DNA of 64,000 nucleotides from Armatimonadota bacterium (GTDB lineage Bacteria > Armatimonadota > UBA5829), in NCBI GenBank assembly GCA_039679645.1, contig JBDKUO010000049.1, positions 431 through 64,430 on the forward strand, given 5' to 3'. Under the pieces are notes generated by a model. The model worked only from the letters and a program-made list of their open reading frames with translations. It ran no database searches and had not been told where the DNA came from. Both the position numbers and the translations under genes were made by a program. Shown here one piece after another: positions 1 to 10,590 of this stretch; the first letter of the stretch is position 1, and each line of letters starts with the position of its first letter.

Positions 1-996
1 TTCGTCATCCAGTTCCTCAAGCCCAGATGCCTGTACTCCGACGCCGATAGATCGCTGCCACATAGAGCGGTATTCCTCGAAGATAGGAACAGTGCCTTGA
101 AAAAAGACATTACTGAACTTCAGCCTATCAATATCGATATTGCCGTGCAGCAGATCATTTCTGTTGTCGATGAATGAATGGAAGTCCTTACAAGCCTGAT
201 TGGTGTAATCCACATTCACTTTGAATCCTATACAGTTCAGGTTAAGGCTCCTTATACGGATGTCAATATGATCTCGAAATGCATGCTCCCTAAGCCGCTT
301 ATCACGCTTGACTTCCGGCTTCATAAGCATGTAGATCAGCATATTCACGAAAGCTTCTGCCATTACCGGAAGCATAGCTCGAATGCCGAAACACAACCCC
401 AAGCCCTTGCTGTAACGCCTCCCAAGAGTATTCCACTGATCGATTTGTGAATCACGGTCGATCTCATGCAACATATCCGGTATAACATCATTCTCTACAT
501 CAAGGGCTAGAGCGCGCAGCTCATCTAATAGCTGATATATAGCTTGCTTGAGACGCTGGTAAGGATTGATGAACTCAACCCATTTTTCCAACTGGTTATT
601 TCGAATCTGAGACATTGGTGCGCGGTAGTTTGCAAAGTCTTCTTTGATATTACTCAGAAAATCAGCTTTGTCGGATTCGTCGAATGGAAAACCTCCGAGG
701 AAATGAATTTCTGTTCGGAAACTCATACCCATAAACGTAACCCATCCATATGTGCAGGATAGAGTCCAGTCCCAATGTATCATATTGTCAGAGTCGTTAT
801 TTCTGACCAAACTATGGATGCCGTTCGGGGCACCGAATCTGGCAAATAGGTAGCAGTAAAGATCAATAGGACGGATTTCATTCAAAACGGTCCATATCTG
901 GCCGCCACATGGTCTGCTGCTACAGCGTAAGCTGTCGAGATAGACCCCTATATCTGCATATTCTAATGTAGATAGAAAATCTGATGGTATCTGCAT
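1..996 (-). CDS. Hypothetical protein, 3'-partial (start codon ATG at 996, runs off window start); low-GC relative to neighbours
   Basis: Manual reverse-strand translation gives an uninterrupted 332-codon frame from ATG (996) to position 1 (MQIPSDFLSTLEYADIGVYLDSLRC...); absent from ORF track because no stop inside window; no family recognised. Confidence 0.6.
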   Translation of the reverse strand, partial: MQIPSDFLSTLEYADIGVYLDSLRCSSRPCGGQIWTVLNEIRPIDLYCYLFARFGAPNGIHSLVRNNDSDNMIHWDWTLSCTYGWVTFMGMSFRTEIHFLGGFPFDESDKADFLSNIKEDFANYRAPMSQIRNNQLEKWVEFINPYQRLKQAIYQLLDELRALALDVENDVIPDMLHEIDRDSQIDQWNTLGRRYSKGLGLCFGIRAMLPVMAEAFVNMLIYMLMKPEVKRDKRLREHAFRDHIDIRIRSLNLNCIGFKVNVDYTNQACKDFHSFIDNRNDLLHGNIDIDRLKFSNVFFQGTVPIFEEYRSMWQRSIGVGVQASGLEELDDE

Positions 997-1295
997 GAAA
1001 CCTGATCACCTTTTAATAGCAACGGTGCTTCCCATAAACACACAGAAAGACAAAGTAATTATACACAAATCTACTTTAATCATCAAATATTATCGGTATT
1101 AGGCATGAACTCTCATAGTTGCTGCTAATTGCCGTTCTTCGCAATATATAATTACATAGACTCTGTTTCGCACGCGACTTAGTATCGTGCGTACATATAA
1201 AACTTTTGACTCTCAATTCCCCGCGTTTCTGCGATGCAGTTTGTCCTGCCTTGATGTTGTCTATAACTCGTCTGTTCTGCTATACTGCTAGTGTT

Positions 1296-3047
1296 ATGAA
1301 AGCAAACAAAGCAATCAGCGGCCCTAAGGCCGATCCGACTCTTTTTCCCAAAGTCAGCCAACTCGTTGCGACCAGCGAATCACTCGATGATATCTTGCAG
1401 TATATTATCGAGGAGGCTGTGCTTGTCTGCGACGCGAGCAGAGGTTTTCTTGCGATTGCCGATCATGAGCGCGGGGATCTTGACGTTCGCTACACGGCAG
1501 GCATCAGTTGGACAGAAGAGGTCAGGCTGGGCAGGCTAAAAGTTGCTGAGGGCACAGGCCGGGGCATCACCAGCCATGTTGCCGCTACAGGCAAGCCGTA
1601 TCGCTCTGCAGATGTCCTTAAAGACCCCTATTACCGCATGTATTTCGATGATGTGCGCAGCGAAGTCGCCGTGCCTCTAGTCGACAAGCATAGTCGCACG
1701 CGCGGTGTCATCAATATTGAGAGCACACGCCTGGATGCTTTTGACGAACGTCATGAGGCCACTGTGCTGGGACTTGCTAACCTGGCAGCTATTGCGATCA
1801 CAGTCGACGAACTGCGGGCGCGTGAGTCCGCGCTGATTCAGATTGGCAAGGAGCTTAACGGCCTATCTGACATGGCCGCGATACTGCAGAAAGTGATCGA
1901 AGTGGCCGCAGAGGCGCTGAAGTTCGAGGACTGTTCGCTGTTTTTGTACGACCGGGCGTCGAGCAAACTGATATTGCGAGCCTCTCGCGGTCCTCTGGGC
2001 AAGAAGATAGGCGATGCGTCTTACGATGTCGGTGAGGGTCTGACTGGCTGGACAGCGGAGCAGCAGCAGCCGATACGCGTGCAGAACCCGAAGAAAGACC
2101 CGCGCTGGCGCGGACGGTTTGAGGAACTGCCATCTAAAGAAGTCGGCGCGTTTATGGCCGTTCCGATCAATAGTCACAGTGGCATTCTCGGTGTGCTCAG
2201 GGTCCAGAGGAAGAAAAGCCCGTATAAGTGGTTTCCGAACGATTTTACGGAGGATGACGAGCGTGCTCTATCAACCATATCGGTGCAGCTTGGCATCGCA
2301 TTGGACAACGCCCGGCTGCTGGATCAGCTCGTCAAGACTGAGCGTATGGCCGCGTGGGGCGAAATGTCCGCGCGTTCTGCCCATATGATCGGCAACCGTG
2401 TCTTCGCGATAAAGGGTGACGTCAACGAGCTGGAGTATATACTCCAGCAGGCGAGTATAGACGCCGGTGCGTCCCTTAAGCTCTCTGAGAGTATTAAGAA
2501 AGGCATATTCCTGCTTGAAGAGATACTTAACGAGTTCCGTGAATTCGTTAAGGCTACCCAGCTCGATCTCGAAGAGGTCGATCTCAATGTGCTGGTAACA
2601 GAGGCAATCGAAGAGGGCTTCCCCAAGAGGTCCCAAACAAAACTTAAGAAGAAGCTCGCGCAGGGCCTGCCGATAGTGATGGCAGATCCGAAGAAGCTCA
2701 TTCGCTGCTTTACGGAACTGATGGAGAACTCGGTCAACTTCATGCCCGACGGCGGCGAGATAAAGATCACGACTGGTTTTGCCGATGCGAAAAGTAAAAA
2801 GTGGCTCAGACCGAACAAACAGAGCGGTAATTACGTCCAAATAACGTTTGAGGACAAGGGTCCCGGCGTCGAGACTGATCAGAAACCGAAGATATTCGAC
2901 CCATTCTATACGTCCCGCGCCAAGGGGATGGGATTGGGTCTTTCGATAGTCAAAGGGATTGTGGATGCGCATGACGGTGTTATATTTGAGAACGGCAAGC
3001 CCGGCAAAGGCGCCAAATTCAGCATCCTGATACCATATGAGTCATAA
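1296..3047 (+). CDS. Sensor histidine kinase with tandem GAF domains and C-terminal HATPase_c (ORF frame opens at TTG 1206; ATG candidates 1254/1296)
   Basis: GAF-like segments (DASRGFLAIADHERGDLDV..., DCSLFLYDRASSKLILRASRG...), H-box-like SAHMIGN, G-boxes DKGPGV... GMGLGLSIVKGIV; followed by response regulator. Confidence 0.8.
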   Translation: MKANKAISGPKADPTLFPKVSQLVATSESLDDILQYIIEEAVLVCDASRGFLAIADHERGDLDVRYTAGISWTEEVRLGRLKVAEGTGRGITSHVAATGKPYRSADVLKDPYYRMYFDDVRSEVAVPLVDKHSRTRGVINIESTRLDAFDERHEATVLGLANLAAIAITVDELRARESALIQIGKELNGLSDMAAILQKVIEVAAEALKFEDCSLFLYDRASSKLILRASRGPLGKKIGDASYDVGEGLTGWTAEQQQPIRVQNPKKDPRWRGRFEELPSKEVGAFMAVPINSHSGILGVLRVQRKKSPYKWFPNDFTEDDERALSTISVQLGIALDNARLLDQLVKTERMAAWGEMSARSAHMIGNRVFAIKGDVNELEYILQQASIDAGASLKLSESIKKGIFLLEEILNEFREFVKATQLDLEEVDLNVLVTEAIEEGFPKRSQTKLKKKLAQGLPIVMADPKKLIRCFTELMENSVNFMPDGGEIKITTGFADAKSKKWLRPNKQSGNYVQITFEDKGPGVETDQKPKIFDPFYTSRAKGMGLGLSIVKGIVDAHDGVIFENGKPGKGAKFSILIPYES

Positions 3048-3094
3048 CAAATACTCAATCCAAATACTCAATCCAAAATATCAAATACTAAATC
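3046..3094 (-). repeat. AT-rich intergenic element (AGTATTTGATATTT family, with tandem caaatactcaatc x2), copy 1
   Basis: Reverse complement reads tttgatttagtatttgatattttggattgagtatttggattgagtatttg; related copies at 5818-5846 and 23131-23166. Confidence 0.4.
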
Positions 3095-3109
3095 AAAGGG
3101 GGGGTTGCA

Positions 3110-3541
3110 ATGTGCAAAATACTTGTAATTGACGATGAAGAGGCCGTCCGGCAGGTCGTAAAGCGCAGGCTGGAGCGTGACGGATATTCAGTGGATACCA
3201 AGGATTCTCAGGAGGTGGGTATAAACGCGATATCATCAAAGAACCCGCCGTACGACATAGTAGTGACCGATATGGTGATGGAGTCGCCGTCCAGCGGCCT
3301 TGAGGTGCTGCAGGCTGCGCTTTCGCACGATGTCTTTACGGAAGTGATCGTGCTTACGGCCTACGGCAACGTGGCGAACGCGGTCGAGTGCATGAAGCGC
3401 GGCGCGTTCGATTATGTTGAGAAAAATATACCGGGTGTGGATGTGTTCGAGATATTATCTCTCAAGGTAGCCCAGGCTCTGGAGAGGCGCAAGATGTCTC
3501 TTGCCACACTTAGAAAGATCGAGCAGTATACGAAGAGTTGA
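3110..3541 (+). CDS. Single-domain CheY-like response regulator receiver
   Basis: ILVIDDEEAVRQVV, phospho-acceptor VVTDMVM, conserved K (YVEKN); RBS aaagggggg 7 nt upstream. Confidence 0.85.
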   Translation: MCKILVIDDEEAVRQVVKRRLERDGYSVDTKDSQEVGINAISSKNPPYDIVVTDMVMESPSSGLEVLQAALSHDVFTEVIVLTAYGNVANAVECMKRGAFDYVEKNIPGVDVFEILSLKVAQALERRKMSLATLRKIEQYTKS

Positions 3542-3542
3542 A

Positions 3543-4502
3543 ATGAGTAGATCAATGTCCAGGAAAATTATTGTTTGTGTCCTGCTGCTGTGTATTATAT
3601 ATGCTACCGGAGCCTTTGCGACAGACCTGACTGTGTTTTCTGTGTCTGACACGCATTTTACAAAAAACGCGATAGCCAGCGATCTGTGCAAGGCAGGAAT
3701 TCAGGCAATGAATACCCTGCCCGGCATGCCGTATCCAACGGAGTTTGGGAATACGGCGGTCTCGACACCCAGCGCCGTGCTTGCCTGTGGGGATTTGTGC
3801 GACGGTGGTTCAGCAAAATGGGGTTGGGCAACTGATACGCCGGAGTGCAACAGCAAAGTCAATTATCAGGATGAATGGAATGGCTTTGACTACTATTTTC
3901 CGCCCAAAGGGGTCTTGGGTGATTATAATCGTCTGAAATATCCCACATATGCTACCGCCGGCAATCACGACTGGTGGCGATACCGTGGCTGGGACCACGG
4001 CACTTCCTGCTATGTTGCCAATAAGCTTAAAGCCCGCTACTGCTCCAACTGCAATAGCGCGGAGGGAAATGTCTGCTATTCATTCGATCTGGACGGCATT
4101 CACTTCGCCTCTTTGGGGCGTTATCCTGACCAGCATGTTATAGATTGGCTTAAATCGGACCTGGCGGCTGTCGGTCCGTACAAGCCGGTCGTTCTTTTCC
4201 AGCATTATGACTTTAAGAGTCCAAATAAATGGTGGAAAGACTGTCAGCGTAAATCCCTTGCAGATGTGGTCGACGGCTACAAAATCATTGCAATACTGCA
4301 TGGCCATAGCCACAACGCAAAACACTACACATGGAACGGCTATGATATATATGATGACGGCACTTTAAGCATGAAAGGCGACATCGGCGTGCTGCACATT
4401 ACCGATTCCTATGTGGATTTCGCCGAATACAGAGTCACTTGCGACAACAACGGCAACCTGACAGGCGGCAGTTGGCAGTGGTCATATCGTAAGTCACGCT
4501 AA
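3543..4502 (+). CDS. Secreted calcineurin-like metallophosphoesterase
   Basis: Signal peptide [26 protein letters not shown]; motifs [26 protein letters not shown]; track start 3501 (TTG) overlaps RR, ATG at 3543 used. Confidence 0.75.
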   Translation: MSRSMSRKIIVCVLLLCIIYATGAFATDLTVFSVSDTHFTKNAIASDLCKAGIQAMNTLPGMPYPTEFGNTAVSTPSAVLACGDLCDGGSAKWGWATDTPECNSKVNYQDEWNGFDYYFPPKGVLGDYNRLKYPTYATAGNHDWWRYRGWDHGTSCYVANKLKARYCSNCNSAEGNVCYSFDLDGIHFASLGRYPDQHVIDWLKSDLAAVGPYKPVVLFQHYDFKSPNKWWKDCQRKSLADVVDGYKIIAILHGHSHNAKHYTWNGYDIYDDGTLSMKGDIGVLHITDSYVDFAEYRVTCDNNGNLTGGSWQWSYRKSR

Positions 4503-5074
4503 TCGCGCCTTTGTTTGCTGATCAGAGCCAGGAATTCAGATCTTGTCGCCACGGAGTCGTGCATACTTCCCAGCACAGACGATGTTGTCATCAGCGAGTT
4601 TTGTTTTTCGACGCCGCGCATCATCATGCACAGGTGCTGAGCCTCGATCACGACGCCAACACCTTCCGCGCCTATCGAATCTTTGATGGCGCGCGCTATC
4701 TGGTTTGTCAGTCTTTCCTGTATCTGGAGTCTTCTTGCAAAGCAGTCGACTATGCGTGCAATCTTACTGACGCCTATGACGTTATTTTTTGATATGTAGC
4801 CTACATGGCAGCGGCCAAAGAACGGCAGCATGTGATGCTCACAGAGGCTGTAGACTTCTATATCCCGCACAACGACCATATTATTTGTGCTCTGAGTAAA
4901 TATGGCGTCTTTTATAATTTCATCTATATCTGCGTCGTATCCCTTAAGCAGAAATTTATATGACTCGGCGACTCTTCTTGGAGTATCGAGCAGGCCCTCG
5001 CGATTGGGGTCCTCACCAAGCTCCGTAAGCAGTTCTCTGACCAGATGTTCAACTCTTTCCTGGTTCAATTGCAA
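4499..5074 (-). CDS. folE: GTP cyclohydrolase I
   Basis: [19 protein letters not shown] motifs; length 191 aa typical short FolE. Confidence 0.9.
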   Translation of the reverse strand: MQLNQERVEHLVRELLTELGEDPNREGLLDTPRRVAESYKFLLKGYDADIDEIIKDAIFTQSTNNMVVVRDIEVYSLCEHHMLPFFGRCHVGYISKNNVIGVSKIARIVDCFARRLQIQERLTNQIARAIKDSIGAEGVGVVIEAQHLCMMMRGVEKQNSLMTTSSVLGSMHDSVATRSEFLALISKQRRD

Positions 5075-5433
5075 TTTCCTTTCTGTAACTCACGCGAAAT
5101 TTCCACACTAACGTTTTTCGCGGATTTAAGCGCCACAGGCTTTGCAACGCTTACATCAACTTTTTTGACCATATCGAAACCGAGGCAGACCTCAGCGATG
5201 TCCTGCGCCAGCGCTTCGACCAGATAATGGGATGAGCCTTCGGCAAGACTTATAATTTTATGCTCCACAGCCTCATAATCGATGGTTTTACTCAGAGCGT
5301 CCGTGAGCCCGGCTTCCCTCAGGTCTGCATACAACGTTACATTAATAACGATATCCTGCTTATTATGTCTCTCTTGATCTGACGTGCCTATAATGCAGCT
5401 TACCGAAATATCTTGTATATGAATTTTATCCAC
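5065..5433 (-). CDS. folB: Dihydroneopterin aldolase
   Basis: 122 aa, FolB-like fold sequence ([20 protein letters not shown]..., [11 protein letters not shown]); overlaps folE start by 10 nt (operon). Confidence 0.8.
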   Translation of the reverse strand: MDKIHIQDISVSCIIGTSDQERHNKQDIVINVTLYADLREAGLTDALSKTIDYEAVEHKIISLAEGSSHYLVEALAQDIAEVCLGFDMVKKVDVSVAKPVALKSAKNVSVEISRELQKGNCN

Positions 5434-5817
5434 ATGTGGCCTCTTGTATCTGATAGCGGTCCATCAATTAATGCTTCGATGCGGGTGCTGTTTTTTCCTG
5501 CGATGGGTGAGGCTGTCGTTATGCTCCAGTGTTTTGTTGCTTTATGACATAGCGATTAGCCCCTGAACTCATTATCGAACGTGTAAGTACATGTCATTGT
5601 TGGTCAATTGTGTGACATTATTGCAATAATAGTCAATATATCACAACCGACTCGCTATTGTGGCGCACACTTAAGGAATACTTAAGGAACCTTGTGTCTG
5701 TATGTTCTTGATTTTTCATGAGCTTCTAGATATAATCTTTAACGAAGCAACCAGGCTTAATGCCTTTTGCTTCCGGTCGGAAGGTAGGCCAGACCTTCCG
5801 ACCACCCTTCTGATATA

Positions 5818-5846
5818 GTAATTAGTAATTTGTATTTGATATTTAT
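5818..5846 (+). repeat. AT-rich element agtaattagtaatttgtatttgatattt, copy 2, directly upstream of pyr promoter -35 (UP-element position)
   Basis: Shares tatttgatattt core with 23151-23162 and RC of 3080-3092. Confidence 0.4.
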
Positions 5847-5861
5847 CCTCACAAAAAACCC

Positions 5862-5890
5862 TTGACAGTACCCCCGGCAGAGCATATAAT
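5862..5890 (+). promoter_or_regulatory. Sigma70 consensus promoter of pyr operon: TTGACA-17 nt-TATAAT
   Basis: cttgacagtacccccggcagagcatataat: perfect -35 (5862-5867) and -10 (5885-5890), 17-nt spacer. Confidence 0.65.
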
Positions 5891-5910
5891 TACTGAAATT
5901 GCAATATACC

Positions 5911-5940
5911 TTTAACTCCAGTCCCGTGAGGCTGAGAAGG
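5911..5940 (+). promoter_or_regulatory. PyrR-binding loop (anti-antiterminator) in pyr leader RNA
   Basis: tttaactccagtcccgtgaggctgagaagg matches PyrR box pattern UUUAA..RUCC.G.GAGGCU...AAGG known from Bacillus-type pyr leaders. Confidence 0.7.
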
Positions 5941-5976
5941 TCTGTTTCAAGGCGTCAGTGTAACTTGTTCACATCA

Positions 5977-6013
5977 GCCTTCTTGCCAAATCACGGGCAG
6001 GAAGGCTTTTTTG
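5977..6013 (+). terminator. Intrinsic terminator/attenuator of pyr leader (11-bp stem gccttcttgcc/ggcaggaaggc + T6); antiterminator alternative via agaagg(5935-5940):ccttct
   Basis: Seen directly; lies between PyrR box and pyrR ATG (6032) preceded by RBS ggaggtg. Confidence 0.75.
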
Positions 6014-6031
6014 GTGCCCGGAGGTGCCGGC

Positions 6032-6571
6032 ATGACAGAGACAGTGACCAAGGTCATGGACGCCGATGAGATCAGACGCGCCCTTACACGCATCGCCCAT
6101 GAGATAATTGAGCGCAATAAAGGCGCCGAGCACCTAGTGATAATCGGTGTCCAAAGCCGAGGTGTCCCCATGGCCAAGCGCTTGGCCAAGCTTTTGGGTC
6201 AGATCGAGGGGGTCGATGTTCCCACAGGCAGCCTCAATGTTGCCCTTTACCGCGATGATTATGCCACCCGCTCCGCCCGTACTATCAGCGCCAGCGAAAT
6301 CCCGTTTGACGTGACAGACAAGTCAGTTATATTAGTCGATGAAGTCCTCTTTACCGGAAGAACCACCCGAGCCGCGCTTGACGCGATTATGGACCTCGGC
6401 AGGCCGTCAGTGATTCAGCTTGCTGTGTTGATTGACCGTGGTCACAAAGAGCTTCCTGTGAAGGCCGATTATGTGGGCAAGAACTTGCCGACCGCTCGTA
6501 AAGAGATCGTTGAAGTCTACTGGGTCGAGACCAAGGGCGAAGACGCCGTTATGATCTCAAAGGGGGCCTGA
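6032..6571 (+). CDS. pyrR: Bifunctional pyrimidine operon regulator / uracil phosphoribosyltransferase PyrR
   Basis: PRTase motif [13 protein letters not shown]; track ORF begins at TTG 6011 inside terminator T-tract, ATG 6032 with RBS preferred. Confidence 0.9.
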   Translation: MTETVTKVMDADEIRRALTRIAHEIIERNKGAEHLVIIGVQSRGVPMAKRLAKLLGQIEGVDVPTGSLNVALYRDDYATRSARTISASEIPFDVTDKSVILVDEVLFTGRTTRAALDAIMDLGRPSVIQLAVLIDRGHKELPVKADYVGKNLPTARKEIVEVYWVETKGEDAVMISKGA

Positions 6572-6575
6572 TGGT

Positions 6576-7517
6576 ATGACAAAGCTTACGCGTAAAGATA
6601 TACTGGGCCTGCAGGATATGTTGCCCGAAGAGATCAATCTCATTCTTGAGACAGCACAGTCTCATAAATCGATCCTTGGGCGGCCCGTCAAGAAAGTGCC
6701 GATCCTGCGGGGTAAGTCGATATGCACTCTCTTCTATGAGAACAGCACCCGCACTCGGACCAGTTTTGAGCTTGCCGCAAAGATCATGAGCGCCGATACC
6801 ACCAGCATTTCAGTCGCCGGATCGAGTATCAACAAGGGCGAGAGTTTTAAGGATACCCTGCTGACACTCGAGGCGATGGGCGTAGATCTGTTCGTGATCC
6901 GCCACGGAGCGGGTGGGGCTCCTCATTTTGCTTCAAGGATTGTGAAGTCGCATATAATCAACGCTGGTGACGGCATGCACGAGCACCCGACCCAGGGCCT
7001 GCTCGATATGCTCACAATTTTCGAAAACAAGGGCAAATTCGAAGGACTCAAGGTCCTCATTGTCGGCGACATAATGCACAGCCGAGTTGCCCGATCAAAC
7101 CTTTGGGGTCTGAACAAAATGGGCGCAGAGGTTCGGCTCTGTGGTCCGACCACTCTGCTTCCTGCTGAAATTGAAAAGCTTCCAGTTAAAGTGTATACCG
7201 ATCTGGATGAGGCGATGGACGGAGTAGATGTCGTAAATGTCCTCCGCATCCAGCTCGAACGAATGAACCGCGGGTTCTTCCCGAGTGTGATCGAATACGC
7301 CTCGATGTTCGGTGTCAACAAGACCAGGCTCCTAAAGGCGAAATCGGACGTTCTGGTGATGCACCCTGGCCCAATGAACCGTGGAATCGAGATCACGCCT
7401 GATGTGGCCGACGGCGACTTTGCTGTGATAACCGACCAGGTCACAAATGGTGTCGCAGTGCGAATGGCTCTTCTATATCTGCTTCTTGGAGGTGGCGGCA
7501 ATGTGGTTTCTGATTAA
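6576..7517 (+). CDS. pyrB: Aspartate carbamoyltransferase catalytic subunit
   Basis: STRTR, HPTQ, HxR, HPGP motifs. Confidence 0.95.
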   Translation: MTKLTRKDILGLQDMLPEEINLILETAQSHKSILGRPVKKVPILRGKSICTLFYENSTRTRTSFELAAKIMSADTTSISVAGSSINKGESFKDTLLTLEAMGVDLFVIRHGAGGAPHFASRIVKSHIINAGDGMHEHPTQGLLDMLTIFENKGKFEGLKVLIVGDIMHSRVARSNLWGLNKMGAEVRLCGPTTLLPAEIEKLPVKVYTDLDEAMDGVDVVNVLRIQLERMNRGFFPSVIEYASMFGVNKTRLLKAKSDVLVMHPGPMNRGIEITPDVADGDFAVITDQVTNGVAVRMALLYLLLGGGGNVVSD

Positions 7518-8799
7518 AAATGGCCGGGTGATCGACCCGTCACAAAATCTGGACAAGACAGCCGACCTCCTTGTGGAGAATGGCCGCGTATCTAAGATTG
7601 GTAAAGTTTCTGCCGAAAAGTTAGACAAGAATGAGGGAAGCGTCTATGATGCCTCGGGTCTTGTTGTGACTCCTGGCCTTATCGATATGCACGTCCACCT
7701 GCGCGAGCCTGGCTTTGAGTATAAAGAGACAATCGAGACTGGCGCACAGGCCGCTGCTGCCGGAGGCTTTACGACTATAGTCGGCATGCCAAATACCAAG
7801 CCTGCCGTGGATAACAGGGCAGTGGTCGAGTATGTGCTCAACAAGGGCAAGAGCGCCGCAGTGAACGTATTGACCACCGGAGCCGCCACCAAAGCCAACG
7901 ATGGCAAAGAGATGGCGGAACTCGGCGAGATGATCGCCGCTGGGGCGGTTGCGATCTCGGACGATGCGTTCCCGGTCCAGAGCGCCGACCTGATGCGGCG
8001 TGTTATGGAGTATGCTGCCATGCTTGGCGTCCCGTTCCTTGCACATTGCGAGGACAAGACGATGACCGGCGACGGCATTATGAACGAGGGGCTGACGAGC
8101 ACGATTTTGGGTCTTCGACCGTGGCCGCGCCAAGCTGAAGAGATTATGATCTGGCGAAATATAATGATTGCAGACCTTGCCAAGTGCCGGTTGCACATTC
8201 AGCATGTCACGACTGCGGGCGGCGTTGAAGCTATCCGATGGGCCAAGTCGCGCGGCATTGCGATCACATGCGAGACCTGCCCACACTATTTTTCTCTGAC
8301 TGATGAGGCCCTTAATGAATATGATACAAACGCAAAGGTCTGCCCGCCTCTTCGCACGCAGTCTGATGTAGATGCTCTTAAAGAGGCGCTGGCGGACGGC
8401 ACTATAGACATAATCGCGACAGACCACGCTCCACATGCTCAGAATGAAAAAGAAGTCGAGCTTCAGGATGCTGCGTTTGGCGCTGTCGGCCTTGAGACTG
8501 CTCTGCCTCTTGTGCTAACGAATCTGGTGAAGACAGGCGTATTATCATTGTCTGACGCGATAGCCAAGATGACCATTGCTCCCGCCAACGCTCTCGGAAT
8601 AGACTCAGGCACTCTCAAAGAGGGGGCGATTGCAGATATAACTATTATCGATCCCGAAACGAAAGTGACTGTAAAAGCTTCTGAGTTTAAGTCAAAGAGC
8701 AGGAACACGCCTTTTGATGGGATGAAGCTGACCGGCAAGGCTGTGGTTACCATTGTAGGCGGAAAAGTAATATTTGAAACTGGGCTTATGAAATCATAG
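7501..8799 (+). CDS. pyrC: Dihydroorotase (multifunctional-type, ~430 aa)
   Basis: [15 protein letters not shown] motifs; ATG 7501 ([10 protein letters not shown]) chosen over upstream ORF opening 7447. Confidence 0.9.
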   Translation: MWFLIKNGRVIDPSQNLDKTADLLVENGRVSKIGKVSAEKLDKNEGSVYDASGLVVTPGLIDMHVHLREPGFEYKETIETGAQAAAAGGFTTIVGMPNTKPAVDNRAVVEYVLNKGKSAAVNVLTTGAATKANDGKEMAELGEMIAAGAVAISDDAFPVQSADLMRRVMEYAAMLGVPFLAHCEDKTMTGDGIMNEGLTSTILGLRPWPRQAEEIMIWRNIMIADLAKCRLHIQHVTTAGGVEAIRWAKSRGIAITCETCPHYFSLTDEALNEYDTNAKVCPPLRTQSDVDALKEALADGTIDIIATDHAPHAQNEKEVELQDAAFGAVGLETALPLVLTNLVKTGVLSLSDAIAKMTIAPANALGIDSGTLKEGAIADITIIDPETKVTVKASEFKSKSRNTPFDGMKLTGKAVVTIVGGKVIFETGLMKS

Positions 8800-8806
8800 G
8801 TCACGT

Positions 8807-8847
8807 GCTCCCTCTCCCGGGGGAGAGGGTTGGGGTGAGGGCGCAGC
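8807..8847 (+). repeat. GC-rich hairpin repeat ctccctctccYgggggaga..ggggtgagggcgc (family R2), copy 1, immediately after pyrC stop
   Basis: ~40-bp near-identical copy at 31379-31420; contains 8-bp perfect inverted repeat ccctctcc/ggagaggg. Confidence 0.5.
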
Positions 8848-8867
8848 CTTTATAAGGAGTAATATCT

Positions 8868-9464
8868 GTGAATACTCTATACGAAAAAATCTTCAATGCA
8901 GGTTGTATAAAATTCGGTGAATTCAAGCTCAAAAGCGGGATAATTTCCCCTGTTTACTGCGATTTCAGGGGGCTGGTATCACACCCGGCCTTGCTCAAAG
9001 AAGTCGGTGAGGCTCTGGCAGCGAAAGCAAAACAGATAGGCTGCGACCGTATTGCAGGTATCCCGTATGCTGGTCTGCCACTGGGAGTGGCGGCGAGCAT
9101 TGCGGGTGATATCCCGATGCTCTATCCTCGCAAAGAGGCCAAGAGCTATGGCACGAAGAAGCTGATTGAGGGCGCATTCAGCGAGGGCGACAAGGTCCTG
9201 GTGATCGATGATATAATCACTGATGGAGCCAGTAAAATAGAAGCCATTGCCCCGCTGAAAGAGGCGGGGCTTGTTGTAACTGATGTTTTGATCATTCTTG
9301 ACCGCGAGCAGGGCGGCGACAAGATTCTTGCCAAAGCAGGCTACAAGCTGCACTCGCTCGGCAAGCTCTCAGATGTGCTTGACGCGCTTGTTGCGGCGGG
9401 AAAAGTTGATGCATGTATGCGGTCTAAGGTGGCTGAGTTTATTGCGAGCAATCAGTTCGCTTAA
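8868..9464 (+). CDS. pyrE: Orotate phosphoribosyltransferase (GTG start)
   Basis: PRPP motif VLVIDDIITDGASK; N-term FGEFKLKSG. Confidence 0.9.
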   Translation: MNTLYEKIFNAGCIKFGEFKLKSGIISPVYCDFRGLVSHPALLKEVGEALAAKAKQIGCDRIAGIPYAGLPLGVAASIAGDIPMLYPRKEAKSYGTKKLIEGAFSEGDKVLVIDDIITDGASKIEAIAPLKEAGLVVTDVLIILDREQGGDKILAKAGYKLHSLGKLSDVLDALVAAGKVDACMRSKVAEFIASNQFA

Positions 9465-9485
9465 ATATTACAAGGGAGCAGTAAG

Positions 9486-10589
9486 TTGAAAGCAGTCCTA
9501 CTTCTTGCAGATGGAACCACATTCGAGGGTGAATCGATCGGTGCAAGCGGCACCACGATAGGTGAGGCCGTATTCGCAACCGCAATGACGGGTTATCAGG
9601 AGATGCTTACCGATCCGTCGTTTGCCGGTCAGTTGCTCACGCTTACCTATCCGCTGGTCGGCAATTATGGCGTAAATCCTCAGGATGTGGAGTCGGGCAA
9701 GATTCAAGTGGAGGGGTTCATAGTCCACGAACTCTGTGAGGAGCCTAATAACTGGCGCTCGAACATGACCCTGCGCGAATATCTCACCAGGGGCGGTATA
9801 GTCTCGATGCAGGGTATCGATACTCGCGCCCTTACCCGCCACCTGAGAGTAAGCGGCGTTATGATGGGCGCGATGTCCACCGAGTTGACGGTTGCAGAGC
9901 TTAAGAACACACTCGACAGCGCGCCAAACTACGGCGATTTGAACTTTGTTGAGCGCGTATCTACCAAGCAGGTCTACGACTGGACCGGTGACGAATGCAG
10001 CAGTCTGGACGAGTGCCCTGAGCCGAAGTGCCATGTCGCACTGATCGACCTTGGGATAAAGCGAAATATCGCACGGTGTCTGGCTAAAGAGGGCTGCAAA
10101 GTGACTGTGCTGCCGTGTAATGCGACTGCCGAAGATGTGATGCGAGTGCAGCCGGACGGAGTCGTTTTCTCACCGGGGCCCGGCGACCCGACAAGGCTTA
10201 CAAATACAGTCGCGACCATGCGTGCGCTCATAGGCAAAAAGCCGATTCTGGGTATATGCCTGGGCCACCAGATGTTCGGTATGGCGATGGGCGGCGATAT
10301 TATAAAGCTCAAGTTCGGTCACAGGGGAGCAAACCATCCGGTCAAGAATATTATTAACGGCAAGGTCAGCATAACTTCGCAAAATCATGGATATGCGGTC
10401 GATCCGGGCAATCTTTCGGATGATGCGGAGGTCACACGCATTAACTTAAATGACGGCACGGTCGAGGGCCTCCGCCATAAGCACCTTCCTATTTTCTCGA
10501 TTCAGTATCATCCGGAGGCTTCTGCTGGGCCTATGGACGAGGGGTATTTGTTCAAAGAGTTTGTGGACAACGTGATGGGAGCGATGTGA
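9486..10589 (+). CDS. carA: Carbamoyl-phosphate synthase small (glutaminase) subunit (TTG start)
   Basis: GICLGHQ catalytic Cys, HPE triad region, N-terminal CarA domain. Confidence 0.95.
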   Translation: MKAVLLLADGTTFEGESIGASGTTIGEAVFATAMTGYQEMLTDPSFAGQLLTLTYPLVGNYGVNPQDVESGKIQVEGFIVHELCEEPNNWRSNMTLREYLTRGGIVSMQGIDTRALTRHLRVSGVMMGAMSTELTVAELKNTLDSAPNYGDLNFVERVSTKQVYDWTGDECSSLDECPEPKCHVALIDLGIKRNIARCLAKEGCKVTVLPCNATAEDVMRVQPDGVVFSPGPGDPTRLTNTVATMRALIGKKPILGICLGHQMFGMAMGGDIIKLKFGHRGANHPVKNIINGKVSITSQNHGYAVDPGNLSDDAEVTRINLNDGTVEGLRHKHLPIFSIQYHPEASAGPMDEGYLFKEFVDNVMGAM

Positions 10590-10590
10590 T

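Noticed and set aside
1179-3047. Overlapping minus-strand ORFs inside the histidine kinase gene (1855-2177, 2271-2972, 2324-2818) and similar antisense ORFs inside pyrC, carB, GH31, aconitase, ATPase, GH106-like, gyrB etc.
   Set aside because: They are fully embedded antisense to long, homology-supported genes and are typical GC-rich shadow ORFs.
6011-6031. TTG start of pyrR given by ORF track
   Set aside because: It lies inside the attenuator T-tract. ATG 6032 has RBS ggaggtg.
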